From the NCBI RefSeq assembly GCF_009914755.1, contig NC_060932.1: a stretch of 64,000 nt of DNA; one strand, 5' to 3'. Each line of letters starts with the position of its first letter. The stretch's first letter is position 1. This document shows positions 43,312-59,450 of this stretch, piece after piece. This DNA is from the human T2T-CHM13v2.0 reference genome, Homo sapiens. The notes below the pieces were generated by a model. That model saw only the letters and a program-made list of their open reading frames with translations, searched no databases and was not told where the DNA came from. Position numbers and translations under genes: made by a program.

Positions 43312-44861
43312 TATCATGGGATCCTTGGGGTGTTGCTTCACCAGCTGCCAATCTCTGTGTCCAGCCGCACCTTCTGTTTGAGTATCTCTTGTGCTTTCTT
43401 GACTCATTCTGCCACTTGGCCTGGTAGGCTGCACTTGACTTGCTCTACTGGCTTGGATGCCACACCTGCCAAGAGCATGCCAGGCAAGCAAGGGGTATGT
43501 GGGCAAGCGAGCACAGGATCTGACCACAGCACAGAGCCAGGCACTGGTGGCTATGGTGGGATGGGCAGCTCCAAGCACCAGCACAGGTTCCGGCTCTGTG
43601 TGAGGCTGTGGCTGGACCACATGTACTGCACACAGCTTGCACTGCAGGCACCTATGTCTAGACAAGGGGAACACAGTGGCACTTGGAAGCTTGGAGATGC
43701 CAGGAACTGTAGAGCCCCAAAGACGCTGTCACAGCCTGGCTCGGGCAATCTGTAGATCTGGGCTCCCTGAAAAACTGCAGCTCTTCTCTCCTTCTCATCC
43801 ACAACATGGTGAGTGGGTTGGGGGAGTGTGTTTCAGCTGTGTTTGTGTTACACCTCTTTCAGTTCTGCCATTCAGTGGGTCCCAAGTTCTTGTACCACAT
43901 CCAGGAAGAATTAGGTATACGAACAACTGGAGGGTGAGCAACGCAGAGAGGAGCTTCACTGAGCAACAAAATAGCTCTCAGGAGGCCCAAACCGGGTAGC
44001 TCCTTTCTATAGGTAGGTCATCCCAACAAGTTGAGGTGGCCCTGGAGTGGGTAGCTCCTCTCTGCAGCTGGTCTTCCTGACATCTTTTTCAAGTCTTGCT
44101 TAGTCTTGGATTTTTAATGGGCTCAGAAGAAAGGAAATACCTGCTGATTGGTCCATGAGCAGCCATGGATGGACCCAGAAGAAGCACCACAAGTTCTCAC
44201 TGTGGGCCATGGATTTCACTTGGAACTGGTAGCCTGGCCTCCAGGCTTCAGGCTATCCCAGGCTTGAAAGTGGGGCTTCATTGGGGACCCACTCCTTTCC
44301 ACTCAGGAACTTGTCTGCCTCCTCTCCTGATGCCATCAACATGCTTTCCATGGCACCCAGGCTGTTTGTCCAAAGAAATGCCAGCAGGCTGGCACCAAGA
44401 CACCCTCAGCCCCCTTCAGCCTCCCTCCCATGCTCTTCAGCACCCAAATTCCAGAGGGAGTCAAGGCGGCAGGGGGCTGGTGTGTCAATGCTTCCCTAAG
44501 CATGGCACACTTGGCTGGTTTGTGACAGGGTCTGTGCTTCACCTCAACTTTGCTCCAGAATCAGAGCTGGTGCTGGGAGCAGGGAGAGGCCAGGCTGTGG
44601 AAGAAGGCACGTCTGAGCCCGTGGGGGCAGTGGAGCTTCCTGGAACTCCAAGAGCACAGAGATGCCTGAGTCCAGAGCCATGGCTGGGCAGCTGCAGCTG
44701 AGCCCATGAGTGCAGGGCTCCCACCCTGCCAATTTGGTCGGGGGCAGGGCTCCCACCTGTTCTTAGCTGCTGCCAGCTCCACAGAGGAGCCTGGCCATGC
44801 CTTCCCGACTGCAGCAGGCATCTTCACAGTGACTCCTCCAGACAGACTGCTGCTGCCATCA
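43312..44861 (-). mobile_element. MER52A-like ERV1 solo LTR (1.55 kb, GC-rich)
   Basis: tatcatgggatccttggggtgttgct...gctgctgccatca; 4-bp TSD gcat at 43308-43311 and 44862-44865, splitting L1 text ccattggcat|ggaat. Confidence 0.88.
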
Positions 44862-46723
44862 GCATGGAATGTCTTTTTCCATTCTTTTATTTTCAGTCTA
44901 TGTGTATGTTTATAGATGGAGTGTGTGTCTCATATACAGTAGATCATTGGGTCTTGTTTTTCATCCTTCAGCCACTCCATATTGTTTCATTGGAGAATTT
45001 AGTCCATTTACCATTCAATGCTATTATTCATAAGCAGGGACTAACTCCTGCCATTTTATTATTTGTTTTCTGATTATTTTATGGTCTTCTCTTCCTTCTT
45101 TCCTTCCTTTCTGTCTTCTTTTTAGTGAAGGTGATTTTCCCTAGTAGTATGTTTTAATTTCTTACTGTTTATTTTTTGTGTATCTGTTGCATGTTTTTTG
45201 GATTTGAGGCTACCATGAGGTTTGCAAATGGAATCTTATAACCCATTATTTTAAACTGATATCACTTTAACACTGTTTGCATCAATGATCAAACACACAC
45301 TCAAAGAAAACTAATAAAAAATTCTACACTTTAACTTTGTCCCCCACTGTTTAACCTTTTTGTTGCTCTTTATTTCTTATTGTACTGTCCATGTCTTAAA
45401 AAGTAGTTGTAGTTATTAGTTATTATTTGCATAGGTTCATTATTTAGTCTTTCTATTTAAGACAAAACTAGTTTACACTCCACAATTAAAGTGTTATACT
45501 AGTCTGTGTTTTTCTGTGTGCTTACTATTGCTAGTGAGTTTTATAACTTCAGATGATTTCTTCTTGCTCATTAACATCATTTTCTTTCAGATTGAAGAGC
45601 TCCCTTTAGCACTTCTTCTAGGAAAGTTCTAGTGTCAATAAAACCATCCCTCAGCTTCTATTTATCTAGGAAGGCCTTTATTTTGCTTTCATGTTTCAAG
45701 GATATTTTCACTGGATATACTATTCTAGGGTAAAATTTTGTTTCCTTCAGCACTTCAAATATGTCGTGCCACTCTCTCCTGGCCTGTAAGGTTTCCACTG
45801 AAAAAGCTTATGCCAGTCATATTGGAGCTGCATTGTATGTTATTTGTTTCTTTTCTCTTGCTGATTTTAGGATCCTTTATTTATCCTTCGTATTTGGGAA
45901 TTTGAATGTCAAATGACTTGAGGTAGTATTTTTTGGGTTAAATCTGCTTAGTGTTCTATAATGTTCTTGCACTTGAATGTTGATATCATTCTCCAGGTTG
46001 GGAAGTTCTCTGATGTTTTTCTTTTGAATAAACTTTCTATCCCTGTCTCTTTCTCTACCTCGTTTTTAAGATGAATAACTCTTAGATTTGACCTTTTGAT
46101 GCTGTTTTCTAGATCTTGTAAGCAGGCTTCGTTTTATAATTTTTTTCTTTTGTCTCTTCTGACTATGCATTTTCAAATAGTCCTTCTTTAATTTCACTAA
46201 TTCTTTCTTCTGCTTGATCAGTTTTGCTATTAAGAGACTCTGATGCATTCTTCAGAATGTTAATTGCATTTTTCAACTCTAGAATTTCTGCCAGATTCTT
46301 TTATTTCAATCTATTTGTTAAATTTATTTGATAGGATTCTTAATTCCTTCTCTGTGTTATCTTGAATTTCTTTGAATTTCCTCTACACATCTATTTTGAA
46401 TTCTCTGTCTGAAAGATCATGTATCTCTGTTTCTCCAGGATTGGTTCCTGGTGCCTTATTTAGTTCATTTGGTGAGGACATTTACTGAGTGGTGTTCATG
46501 CTTATATATTTTCATCAGTGTCTGGGCACTGAAGAGATACATATGTTTTGTAGCCTGGGCTTGTTTGGGGTTGTCTTTCTTGGGAAGGTTTTCCAAGTAT
46601 TCAAAGGAACTTGGGCCCTAAGCCCAATAATGCTGTGGTTTTTGCAGACTCATAGTACTGCCTTGGTGGTTTGGGATAAGACTTGGAAGAATTCTCTGGA
46701 TTACCAGGCAGAGACGCTTTTCC

Positions 46724-46744
46724 TTTCTCTCTCTCTCTCTCTGA

Positions 46745-46784
<40 letters not shown>
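46724..46784. repeat. Compound (CT)n/(GT)n microsatellite
   Basis: Directly visible inside the L1MA 5' UTR. Confidence 0.97.
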
Positions 46785-46787
<3 letters not shown>

Positions 46788-48444
46788 GCCACCTGGAACT
46801 GGGCGTATAGTAATGCAAGCACCCCTGTGACCATCACCAGTGGGAATGCACTGGGTCCATACTGGGTCAGCCTTGAAGCCAGCACAGCACTGGGTCTTGC
46901 CCTGGCACTTCTGTTGAGGGCAGCGAGCTCCCATAAGCCTCAGACATGTCCAGAGATGCTATCTGGGACCTAGAGACTGGAGTCAAAAGCCTCGGCAATT
47001 TACCTGATGTTCTATTCTACTGTGGCCAAGCTGTCACTCATACCACAATACAAAGTCCTTCCTGCTCTTCCTTTCCCTTTCCGCAGGCAAAGGATCCTCT
47101 CCTTGTGGTCACTACCACCCCTGGTCCACAGGGGGCTCTTTCAGGACACCACTGATGTTTACTTAAAGCCCAAGGGCTCTTCTGTCAGCCTGTGGTGAAT
47201 GTTGCTAGGCCTGCGACTCACCCTTCAGGGCAGAGTGTTCCCCTCTGGCCCATGACAGGTCTAAAAATGCTGTGCAGGAGCCTAGGCCTGGACTTGGAAG
47301 CCCCAAGAGCTTGCTGGGTGCTCTATCCCTGTGGCTTGGTTAGTACCCGATTTTTGGGTTTTGTGCTAGTTCTTTTCTGTGTGCAGATAGTTGCTAAAAT
47401 TTGGTATCCCAGAGGGGAATCAACAACGTAGACTTGTATTCTATCATCTTTCTCTGCCCACCTATTTGCGATTCTTGTAAAAAGTCTCTCTTTAGCCTCC
47501 CTCTGGCACCCTCAGAAAAACTGGCTACACACAACTGCCTTGTATGGGGGTTGCTTCAAGGAAATAAGTAAGGTGAAGGTAAAAAGCAGTCATCTTTTGT
47601 GAGAAAAAAAAGAGACAGGAAATTTAGTATAAACAGGAATTGAGAAGTACAAGAGGCCTCTCCCTGACAGCCACCCCATTCCCACCCTTTTCAGAAATAC
47701 TAGAGGATAAGAAATATAAAATTTTCCCAGGCAGTAAAACTTAATATTACCTGAAAGGCAAAACTGAAAAGATACACAGGCAGTTGAAACTAGGTTATAT
47801 GAATATAATAGCAGTAATCTACCAGATAGGATTAATGTAAACATTTAACAAGATTAGTGAATGTGCCTGGTTTCCGGTAATGTTAACCTATTATTGTTAT
47901 TATTAGTTATTCTAAGTGTGGAATTAGGAAGAAGTACCAGGATCTATTAATGAGGTAGTTAGTAAAGATTGTAAATATAAGTCCCTCAAGTAAAATCAGA
48001 AAGGTTTTTTTGTACATTTCTATGAATAAATTGTCAGTAAGATTTGAATCCCAATAGTACACAATGACTAATATGCTAAAACTTTTGTAGATACAAATGC
48101 AGAATTCAGTGTCTACCACAGCAAGTATATGTCAAGAGTAGATTCTTTACTCCCAGTTTTTGAGCAGTTATCATAAGCATAAACATACATTGCAATCAAC
48201 CTTTATAATTATTTATGTGTGTATACATACATATGTGTATATGTACACAGTAATTTCTGTATATGTATATAGAGCTCGGATTCATGTTCTAGTCCTTGCT
48301 TTTGAATATTTTAACTATATTGTTAGGAGATTTTTATCAGCCTACAAAATAAGTAGAGTTTATTGACTTCTTCATAATAGGTCTTATGGTTACATATATA
48401 CACAATTTTGCATTTAATGGGCAGAAATAACACCTAATCTCAGA

Positions 48445-49591
48445 TGTTGCAGGAAGTCAGGGACCTCAAATGGAGAGACTGGCTGGAGCCGTGGCAGAGG
48501 AACATAAATTGTGAAGATTTCATTTTGATATGGACATATATCAGTTCCCAAAATTAATACTTTTTAAATTTCTTACGCCTGTCTTTATTGCAGTCTCTGA
48601 ACATAAATTGTGAAGATTTCATTTTAATATGGACATTTATCAATTCCCAAAATTAATACTTTTATGATTTCTTATGCCTGTCTTTAATCTCTTAATCCTG
48701 TTATCTTTGTAAGCTGAGAATGTATGTCACCTCAGGACCACTATTGTGTAAAAATTGATTGTAAAACATGCGTTTGAACAATATGAAATCAGTGCACCTT
48801 GAAAAAGAACAGAATAACAGCCATTTTCAGGGAACAAGGGAAGACAACCATAAGATCTGACTGTCTGCAGGGTCAGGCAGAATAGAGCCATATTTTTCTT
48901 CTTGCAGAGAGCCTATAAACAGACATGCGAGTAGGGAAGATATTGCTGAATTCTTTTCCTAGCAAGGAATATTAATAATTAAGACCCTGGGAAAGGAATG
49001 CATTCCTGGGGGGAGGTCTATAAATGACCACTCTGGGAATGTCTGTCTTATGTGGTTGAGATAAGGACTGAAATTCGCCCTGGTATCCTGCAGTACCCTC
49101 AGGCTTATTTGGGTGGGGAAGAAACCACCCTCGTAAATTTGAGGTCAGACTGGTTCTCTGCTTTTGAACCCTGTTTTCTGTTGTTTAGGATGTTTATCAA
49201 GACAATACGTGCACAGCTGAGCATATATCCTTATCAGGAGTTTTTTATTTTGCCCTTTGCCTTGCGATCTTTGCTTTGCCCTTTGCCTTGTGATCTTTAT
49301 TGGCCTCAGAAGCATGTGATCTTTGTTCTCCTTTTTGTCCTTTGAAGCATGTGATCTTGTGAAATACTGCCTGTTCTTGCACCCCCTCCCCTTTTGAAAT
49401 CCTCAATAAAAACCTGCTGGCTTTGCAGCTCAGGTGGGCATCACAGTTCTACCGATATGTGATGTTACCCCTGGAGGCCCAGCTGTAAAATTCCTCTCCT
49501 TGTACTCTTTCTCTTTGTTTCCCAGCCGGCCTACACTTATGGAAAATAGAAAGAACCTATGTTGAAATATTGGGGGCTTGATCCCCCGGCA
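48445..49591 (+). mobile_element. MER11A-like solo LTR (HERV-K HML-8)
   Basis: tgttgcaggaagtcagggacc...aacataaattgtgaagatttc (twice)...aataaaaacctgctgg...gaaatattggggg; degenerate TSD ctcaga/ctcaat. Confidence 0.9.
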
Positions 49592-51574
49592 CTCAATTAA
49601 TTTGCAATCTAGTGGCAAAGACTATCAAACAAATGAGCAAAAATAACACATGCTGTCTTTTGGAAAGTATGTATTTGTTTACCTCTAAGTTTTAGAGGTA
49701 ACATAAACTACCTCCAGATTTTCTTTCAAGGAAACATAAATTCATATACAATTGCTGCTGATCCCACCTTCTTGAGAAACTCAGTTTGAGACTTCCTGGA
49801 TCTTAAGAAAAACACCTCATTTAAAGACAGAATTCTGGTGAACAATTTGGACACTTTGCAGGCCATACAAATCAGTATAAAAGCCATCATTTCATCACAT
49901 AAAATTTACTGTCATGATCAATCAAAAGGCAACCATCTCAGAAAAGATGAGGTGTCATTTCCATAAAGGTTTCTGTCATTCAAAAAATGAGTATGCACTT
50001 GTTGACTTTATCTGATAGATTGTTCTATAAAATTTCTACATAGATACTAGTAGGTTCTGCCTTGCCTAACTCTAGTAATTCCAATTTAAAGATATTCGTC
50101 TAACAAAATGAACACAAGAAGGTCAGTATCTAAATACAGTGTTCACTGAAGACAAGACCTATTCTTACTACAATTTGTGCTATATATTTGTACTTATCTC
50201 AAGTTTCTTTATATAGAAAGCCTTAACTATTAATTTCTGTGATAGGAAACATATACAAATGATAAGCTAGAAAGTAATTATCTTGCATATAACAACAATA
50301 TAGATATTTTGTCTGTCTTATTTTATACGTATATATATTACCATGTGGTGAAAGTCTACATTTGTTCAAGATGTCATTAAAAGTTTTCCTTTCTTCATTA
50401 TGTCCTCCAACTATTCATCAGCCTTTGAGGAAAGAATGTGCTTTAGGCTTAACAGCAATGGAGTTAAAAACAGAATATGCTAAAGAAAGTTAATATAGTA
50501 ACACATGAAAGCCAGAAGCTCCAATAAAATAACTATCTTTTTCTGAAAAGAAAAGGGGAAAATAATTCAAGGGAAGACAAGTAGGAAAGAGGAATTGTGA
50601 GTTTAAGATTAAAAATGAAATGCATCATGCATATAAATGTTTGGATCAGAAAACAGAATGGCAAGACTCCTGAATGTTTAATCTTCAGAAGCAGCAAAAA
50701 GAAAATTAAAAGTTAAAAGGAAAAAAAAAAGACTGTTTGTTTTTGATCAAACCCTCATCTAAATAATTTGATGGATATGTTTTCCAGATTCAGGTTTTCT
50801 GGGGACACAATCTGTTAAGAGTCTTGTTAGACCTCACTCTGATGACCTCCATCTATGGCTCTGTTGCTCCTAGAATGTGAAACCATGAATGTTAGTGTCA
50901 CTATTAGGCCAGAAATTGGTGACCCTTGAGTTCTTGCCCAAGGAATTCTTAAATTGCACTGCTCTTTTGACTTCACCTCTTGCATAGTTGGTGTTGGTCA
51001 AGGCCCTAATCAGAGATTCTAAACAACAAGTAGAATGCTTCATTATCTAAAGTTTTATTGAATTTTCTCTGTTGGTAGAATAATCATTCTATTTTTATTC
51101 CAAAAATAATTATTAAGCATCTCCTGTATACTAGGTTCTCTAAGGAGAAGAATACACAAATGAAAAAGATATGCAGTCTGAATGCAAGCTACATTCAGCG
51201 AGCTTATTTCTCCTTTGCTTTCTCTCTTTGGGTTTCACAATGAGTAAAATATTTGAACTGCTTCCATTTATTCAATAAATAATTATTCACCACGTACTGT
51301 TTTGTCAAGTACTATGCTAGAATCTGGAAATACAATATTAAGTAGATTAATATGAAATTTCTGGTAATATACGGAATTTAAGAACTGAGCTTTAAGGAGC
51401 TAACAAGCTAAAGATGCTACAAGAAAGCAAATAATATTTACAAGATTGTGGCACGTATTGTATTAGAGTAAGTACAGAGTGTTTTAGGAAAATTAGAGGG
51501 GAACATAATTCAGATGGAGATGAGTAAGGTGTCAGGAAATATTTCTCAAACTAGGTTCAGAAATATAAGTAAGA

Positions 51575-51860
51575 GGCCAGGCATGGTGGCTCACGGCCTG
51601 TAATCTCAGCACTTTGGGAGGCAGAGGCAGGCAGATCATGAGGTCAAGGAATCGAGACCATCCTGGCCAACATGGTGAAACCCCATCTCTACAAAAAATA
51701 CAAAATTTAGCTGGATGTGGCGACACACACCTGTAGTCCCAGCTACTTGGGAGGCTGAGGCAGGAGAATCATTTGAACGCAGGAGGCAGAGGTTGCGGTG
51801 AGCCGAGATTGCACTCCAGCCTGGCAACAGAGCAAGACTACATCTCAAAAAAAAAAAAAA

Positions 51861-51861
<1 letters not shown>
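51575..51861 (+). mobile_element. AluSc-like SINE
   Basis: Dimeric Alu with gatcatgaggtcaag and cctggcaacagagc diagnostics; TSD (tata)agtaaga/(tata)tgtaaga. Confidence 0.92.

Positions 51862-51865
<4 letters not shown>

Positions 51866-51910
<45 letters not shown>
51866..51910. repeat. (TA)n microsatellite grown from the Alu tail/TSD
   Basis: Perfect TA run directly after the poly(A). Confidence 0.97.
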
Positions 51911-51913
<3 letters not shown>

Positions 51914-54900
51914 AGAAAAGTGTCCTTAGCAGAAGGAATAGCAAATGCAAATATCTGGAGGCAAGTAAGAACATGAACAATGTGACTCAAAAAGATAAGT
52001 TTGTACTGAAGAGATGAGCAGGGACTATACCAGGCAGAACATTGCCTTATATTATAGTTTGTGTTGAGATGTGTGGACTTTATCCAAAGAACAATGGGGA
52101 AATATTTAAGCAAAGGAGTAATAAAATAATAATTATAGCTTAGAAATTACTACATTAAAAATGTATGATAGACAGCTAAATTAACTCACTCAACAAACAT
52201 TTATTGAACTCCAACTGTGTGCCAGGCATTGTGACTCAAGAACTGAGATAAGAGCTATTAAAGAGCTCTTAGTCTACTAAGTCCCCTGCTATTAAAGAGC
52301 ACTTAGTCTACTAAGGGAGCTGAGGGGAGGGAAAATAGTTAATTACAAGGCAGTATAAGACACAGGTTTTTCTGGGAGGTCCCTAACCTACTCTGGAATT
52401 CAGCGATGTCTTTCTAAGGAATATAGTACTTGAACAATGTGCGATATTAGTCTCAAGAAATAGGGGAGAGTGGTAGTAGAAGCAGCATTAACTAGGCCCT
52501 GAGCTAAAAGGTCATATGGTTTTAAAATAAGTTATTGCTGGAAAAATTTTAAGAAATTTTGCAGCAATGTTGGATTTGAAAAATTGAGTGTTGAGGAAAA
52601 GTATTCCAAATTAATGTAAACTTATTAACATGAAACAGAAATACAGAGGACATATTAAAAGAAGAATGAATCCACTTTGGCTTTGGCTGGAGTGTAGAAT
52701 TGATAAGACAGCAAAGAGAGAAGTGAAGTTTTACAGGTGGGTTGGGCCATTTAGGAAATAATACATTTATAATAATTGCAGATTCTATGCTCAAGATTAA
52801 GGGGAGAAATCATTAGAGTCTGTTTTGTAAAGGAGAAAAAATCATATTTTCACCCGTAATATAGGTAAAAGACTCACTGAAAGCAGAAAAGCCTGTTAGC
52901 AGCTTGTTAAAAGGATACCCTAGTAGTCCAAAATATTCTCAACTCAGGCAGTGGCAGCTGGGATGAAAGGAAGAGAATGCTTCTTGGAGGTTTAAAGGCT
53001 TAATGATGTCTTTTCATAGCTTGATAGCTCGTTTCTTTTTAGTGCCGATTAACATTTCATTGTCTTGAATTTCCAACACTTTTGAGATCTTTTAGCTGAG
53101 AAAAACCTGGAGATGGTAAGATAGTTGTATCAAATTTTTAAAATTGCGTGTGTGTTTGTGTGGTGTGTCTGTGTTAAATTTTAGATTTCTTTAAGGATAT
53201 TCATTTTAAAGTATTTATATTGCTTAATCTTAATATAACTTTATAAGATGGATGCTATTCTTTATGCTTTAAAAATTAGAAGTCTGAGCAAAAGAGTCCC
53301 TGAGTGAATTGGCCAAAATTAACAAGCCAGTATTTGAGGGAAAATGTCATGTGAACACATATGATCTGATTTTATAATCCACTCTCTTAGTCTAGACAGA
53401 CTCAAAAGGAAAAAAAGGCAAATAGTTCCCTCTGCAATTCATTCTCCATATATGCACGTCTTTACAATGTTACTGAATATTAAGAAAAATTTTTAAGTAA
53501 AACTTTTCTCTCTTGCAAGATTTCTAACACTCTTTGCATTTCACTGCTTTATTTCATTATTTTTTCAAATGTTAAAGATTCATTATTATTTCAATAGCAT
53601 TTTAATCTATGATAAAATATAATTAATATTGCAAATAATATACCAATGTACCATGCATTATTAAAATCATAAAAAAGAATATGAAAGTTTGAAATATGTA
53701 TCTATAGAGTTCAAGTTCCAGAGAAATCAAAGTTAGTGCCTGAATGTAATTATGATTTCTTAAGATATAAAATCAAATGCGTTACTTTGTAGCCTGTAGA
53801 ATGATGCTATTTTCTATGACAGTGAAACAGACATTCCTCTCTTTATTGGAACCCATATATAAAGCAAAAATTGAGCATTGACCCATAATGAGATTGAAAT
53901 GTCAAGTATAGAAAAATAAATTAGATATGAAAAAATATTGTATATACACATGTAATTTGATAGCAATGCTTACATGCTATATAAAGCAAACATTCTTACT
54001 CAGAAACATCCATTTCTATGGCATTCATCACTCAGTCAAAAGGGTGCTTTTATTCCTTCATAATAGGTAATTTGCAGCTGAAATGGCTTTATTTAAGAAG
54101 AGGATTTCTAAAGGAAAATGTACCCACATTTTGGAGACCCTTTAAAATTGCAAACTCATGGCTGAAAGCTGGAAATACAAGCTAGACTGTAGTGTGGGAA
54201 ATAGAGAATATTCTGGGAAACAGTGCACAGACATGCAATTATTCAAATCGGCACATTACACTTGACATCAAATAGAATTAGAAAATATTCTTAATAGCAA
54301 TTCTTAATTACCTAGCAAGTATCCTAAAGGTTTTGTTATGAAATCTTCCCAACAATAAAAAGTATATAAAAGCTATAGTTTAAGTGTGTGGTTTTGGGGG
54401 CAGTTTTCAGATATGCAATTCTTTCAAAGTTTAGAAACTACATGGATGTCAATGCTTATTGACACATTTGGCTCACAGATGAAGCTAAATTGCTGAACTA
54501 CAATTAAAGTTTTACATTTATTCTCAGCCAAAAGTTAGGGACTTTTAAATAATTTTAAAATTCTATTGAATTTTAAATTCCAAAAAGTACTTTTTAAATA
54601 CACCTAAGCAGCCCAAGCATGATAGGAACAGTAAAAATTGAGCTTTATGGAAAAATCTAGAAAAAATAATTGGTTCCTAAGTTATAGAGACATGTTTGTA
54701 ACTGTCTATAACTTTTATAAATCATTACTTTGCTCCCACATACCTTCATGGTCTCAAGAACTTGCCTATATTACATTTCCCATTTTTTTTTCACATTACT
54801 TTCTGTGGAAAGATTTTCAAGATTATCACACTACAGCATCCTTTTGGAACTGCCCAAATATTCATACTATTTATTAGATTTTTTTTGGATAAGGAATCAT

Positions 54901-55639
54901 TTATACAAGAATGAAAGAAGAATTCTAAGTTAGAAAATTCAAACATCAAATATATTGTCCTTCTTTGTTGTTGAACATATCTCCTGAGAACAAGAAACAG
55001 TGGCTTAGCCCCTGTAAATATAGGCTACAATTGCTATATGTTAAGGCCAATTTTGTGTTATTATTCTCCAAGGTGAAAGTTATTGTCTACTGTTTATATT
55101 AGGGGAAGAAGATAGGAAAGACCATGACTAATAATAGGAGTGAAATTTCTGATAAGTTTTGTGTCAATTAAAGAAAAAATAATGTCTTTTAAACTTCTCC
55201 TTGTTAAAATAGTTACTCCTTACAACCTAGTTTACATCTATTATTTTATTTAAATTAGAATTTTTTAAACACATATTTTGTTCATATAACCAGTGTGAAT
55301 GTACCCCTAAAGTCAGTATGTAAATAGAGTCAGTGCTTATTCATTTCTTCAATTAATTATCTGAGGCCCCACACACCTTAGTAGCAGTATATTGAGTACT
55401 TCTATCCTTAGGCAACGCTGCAACAGCCCCAAGTACCAGGAGAGGTAGTATAGCTGTTATACCTAAGCCACAGGATGAGCCCTCATATCTGATGAGTGCA
55501 ACCCACTCCTGCTTTTCCTGGAACTTGGTGTTGCTGTGGAAGCTTAAGGGGTGCAGACAGTGCTCCTCTAAGTTCCCTGTAAGAAACTTCCAGGCCTGTG
55601 CATGGGTCTGAACAAGTGAGGCATTAGAGGAGTGTGATT

Positions 55640-56790
55640 TATGTGGTCTTTTGTGACTGGCTTGTTTCAATTTTTGCAAAATTCATCCATGTTGAAGCAT
55701 TCATCAGTGCTTCATTAAGTTTTCATTGCTGAATAATATTCCATTGTATAAACATGTCACATTTGTTTATCAATAGATGAGTTGTTTCTACTTTTTGACT
55801 ATATGGAATAATGCTGCTTGAAAATTCATGTACAAGTTTTTTGGTTGTAGTATATTATCTTGTATCTTGAACTTGGAATTGCTGAATCAAATAGTTACTC
55901 CATGTTTAACTTTTTGAAGAATTGCCAGAAAATTTCCAAAGCAGCTGTATCTTTTACATTCCCACATTCAAGATGTGAGCGTCCTGGTTTCCCTACATTC
56001 TCACCAACGCTTATTATTGGATTTATTATTATTATTATTATTATTATTATAGTAATCATAGTGGGTCATAATTGGTATCTTTTTAAGGGTTTGATTTGCA
56101 TTCCCAGATAACTAATTATCATAAGCACTTTTCATATGTGTGTTAGCTATTTGCATGTATTCTCTGTAGAAATGTCTATACAAATCCTATACCTATTAGT
56201 TGGGTTATTTGTGTTTTATTATTGAGTTGGAAAAGTTCTTTACATGTTTTTAATATATGCTGCTTATAAGATATATAATTTTCAAATAATTTTTCCCATT
56301 CTATAGTTACTTTGTATTTTCTTGAAGTGTCTTTAGAAGCACAGAACTCTTAAATTTGTATTAAGACAAATTTCTCTATTTTTGCTTTAGTTGTTTGTGC
56401 TTCTGGTTCTGTATCTAAGAAAGCTTTGCCTAATTCATGTCACAAAAATTGACTCGTGTTTTCTTCTTTTTTTTTTGACTCCTGTTTTCTTCTAAGTTAT
56501 ATAGTCTTAAGAATCTTAAGCTCTTACTTGTAGACGCTGATTTATTTTTGTATAATTTTTGTTCACACTGAGAAAGGTCCAACACAATTTTGTCACATGG
56601 GTATATCCAGTTGTTTCAGTACCACTTATTTAATTATTTTCCCATTGAATTATCTTGGCATCCCTGTTGAAAATCAATTGAGTATTTTCAATTATGCTTC
56701 TATAAAACTGGGAGGAAGAAAAAGAAAATCAATTGAATATAAATATGTATTTATTTCTAAATTCTCTATTTTAGTCATCAATGTGTCTAT
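55640..56790 (-). mobile_element. L1MB-type 3' UTR/ORF2 end
   Basis: tttgtgactggcttgtttca...ttcatccatgttgaagca...ttgctgaataatattccattgtat; antisense ORF2 C-terminus. Confidence 0.75.
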
Positions 56791-56791
56791 T

Positions 56792-59450
<2,659 letters not shown>

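Larger units (their letters stand above)
38540..47463 (-). mobile_element. Originally full-length L1MA (L1MA2-like) with internal deletions and three nested insertions
   Basis: T tail and 3' UTR at 38540; ORF2 RT/EN at 41404-43311; ORF1/5' UTR at 44866-47463 ending tattctatcatctttctctgcccacct (reverse complement of the L1 start). Degenerate TSD tttgcaattttt (38528) / tttgcgattctt (47465). Confidence 0.85.
51085..52560 (-). mobile_element. Several L2 3'-end fragments, one interrupted by an Alu
   Basis: Reverse-complement L2 termini at ~51090, ~51265 (tttattcaataaataattattcaccacgtactgt) and ~52185 (cactcaacaaacatttattgaactccaactgtgtgccaggcattgtg). Confidence 0.7.

Noticed and set aside
43279-44915. 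Cluster of overlapping 60-178-aa ORFs and GC-rich island
   Set aside because: Explained by the stop-poor, CpG-depleted MER52 LTR bounded by a TSD.
46489-46973. ORFs with CVCV/THTH runs (and YIYI runs at 51636-52113)
   Set aside because: Translations of dinucleotide microsatellites.
48500-48690. ~100-bp direct repeat as a CRISPR-like or novel array
   Set aside because: Only two units with no spacers; an intrinsic feature of MER11 LTRs.
55488-55612. Possible C/D box snoRNA (tgatga...ctga)
   Set aside because: Box C lacks the upstream purine and there is no terminal stem; the motifs are expected by chance.
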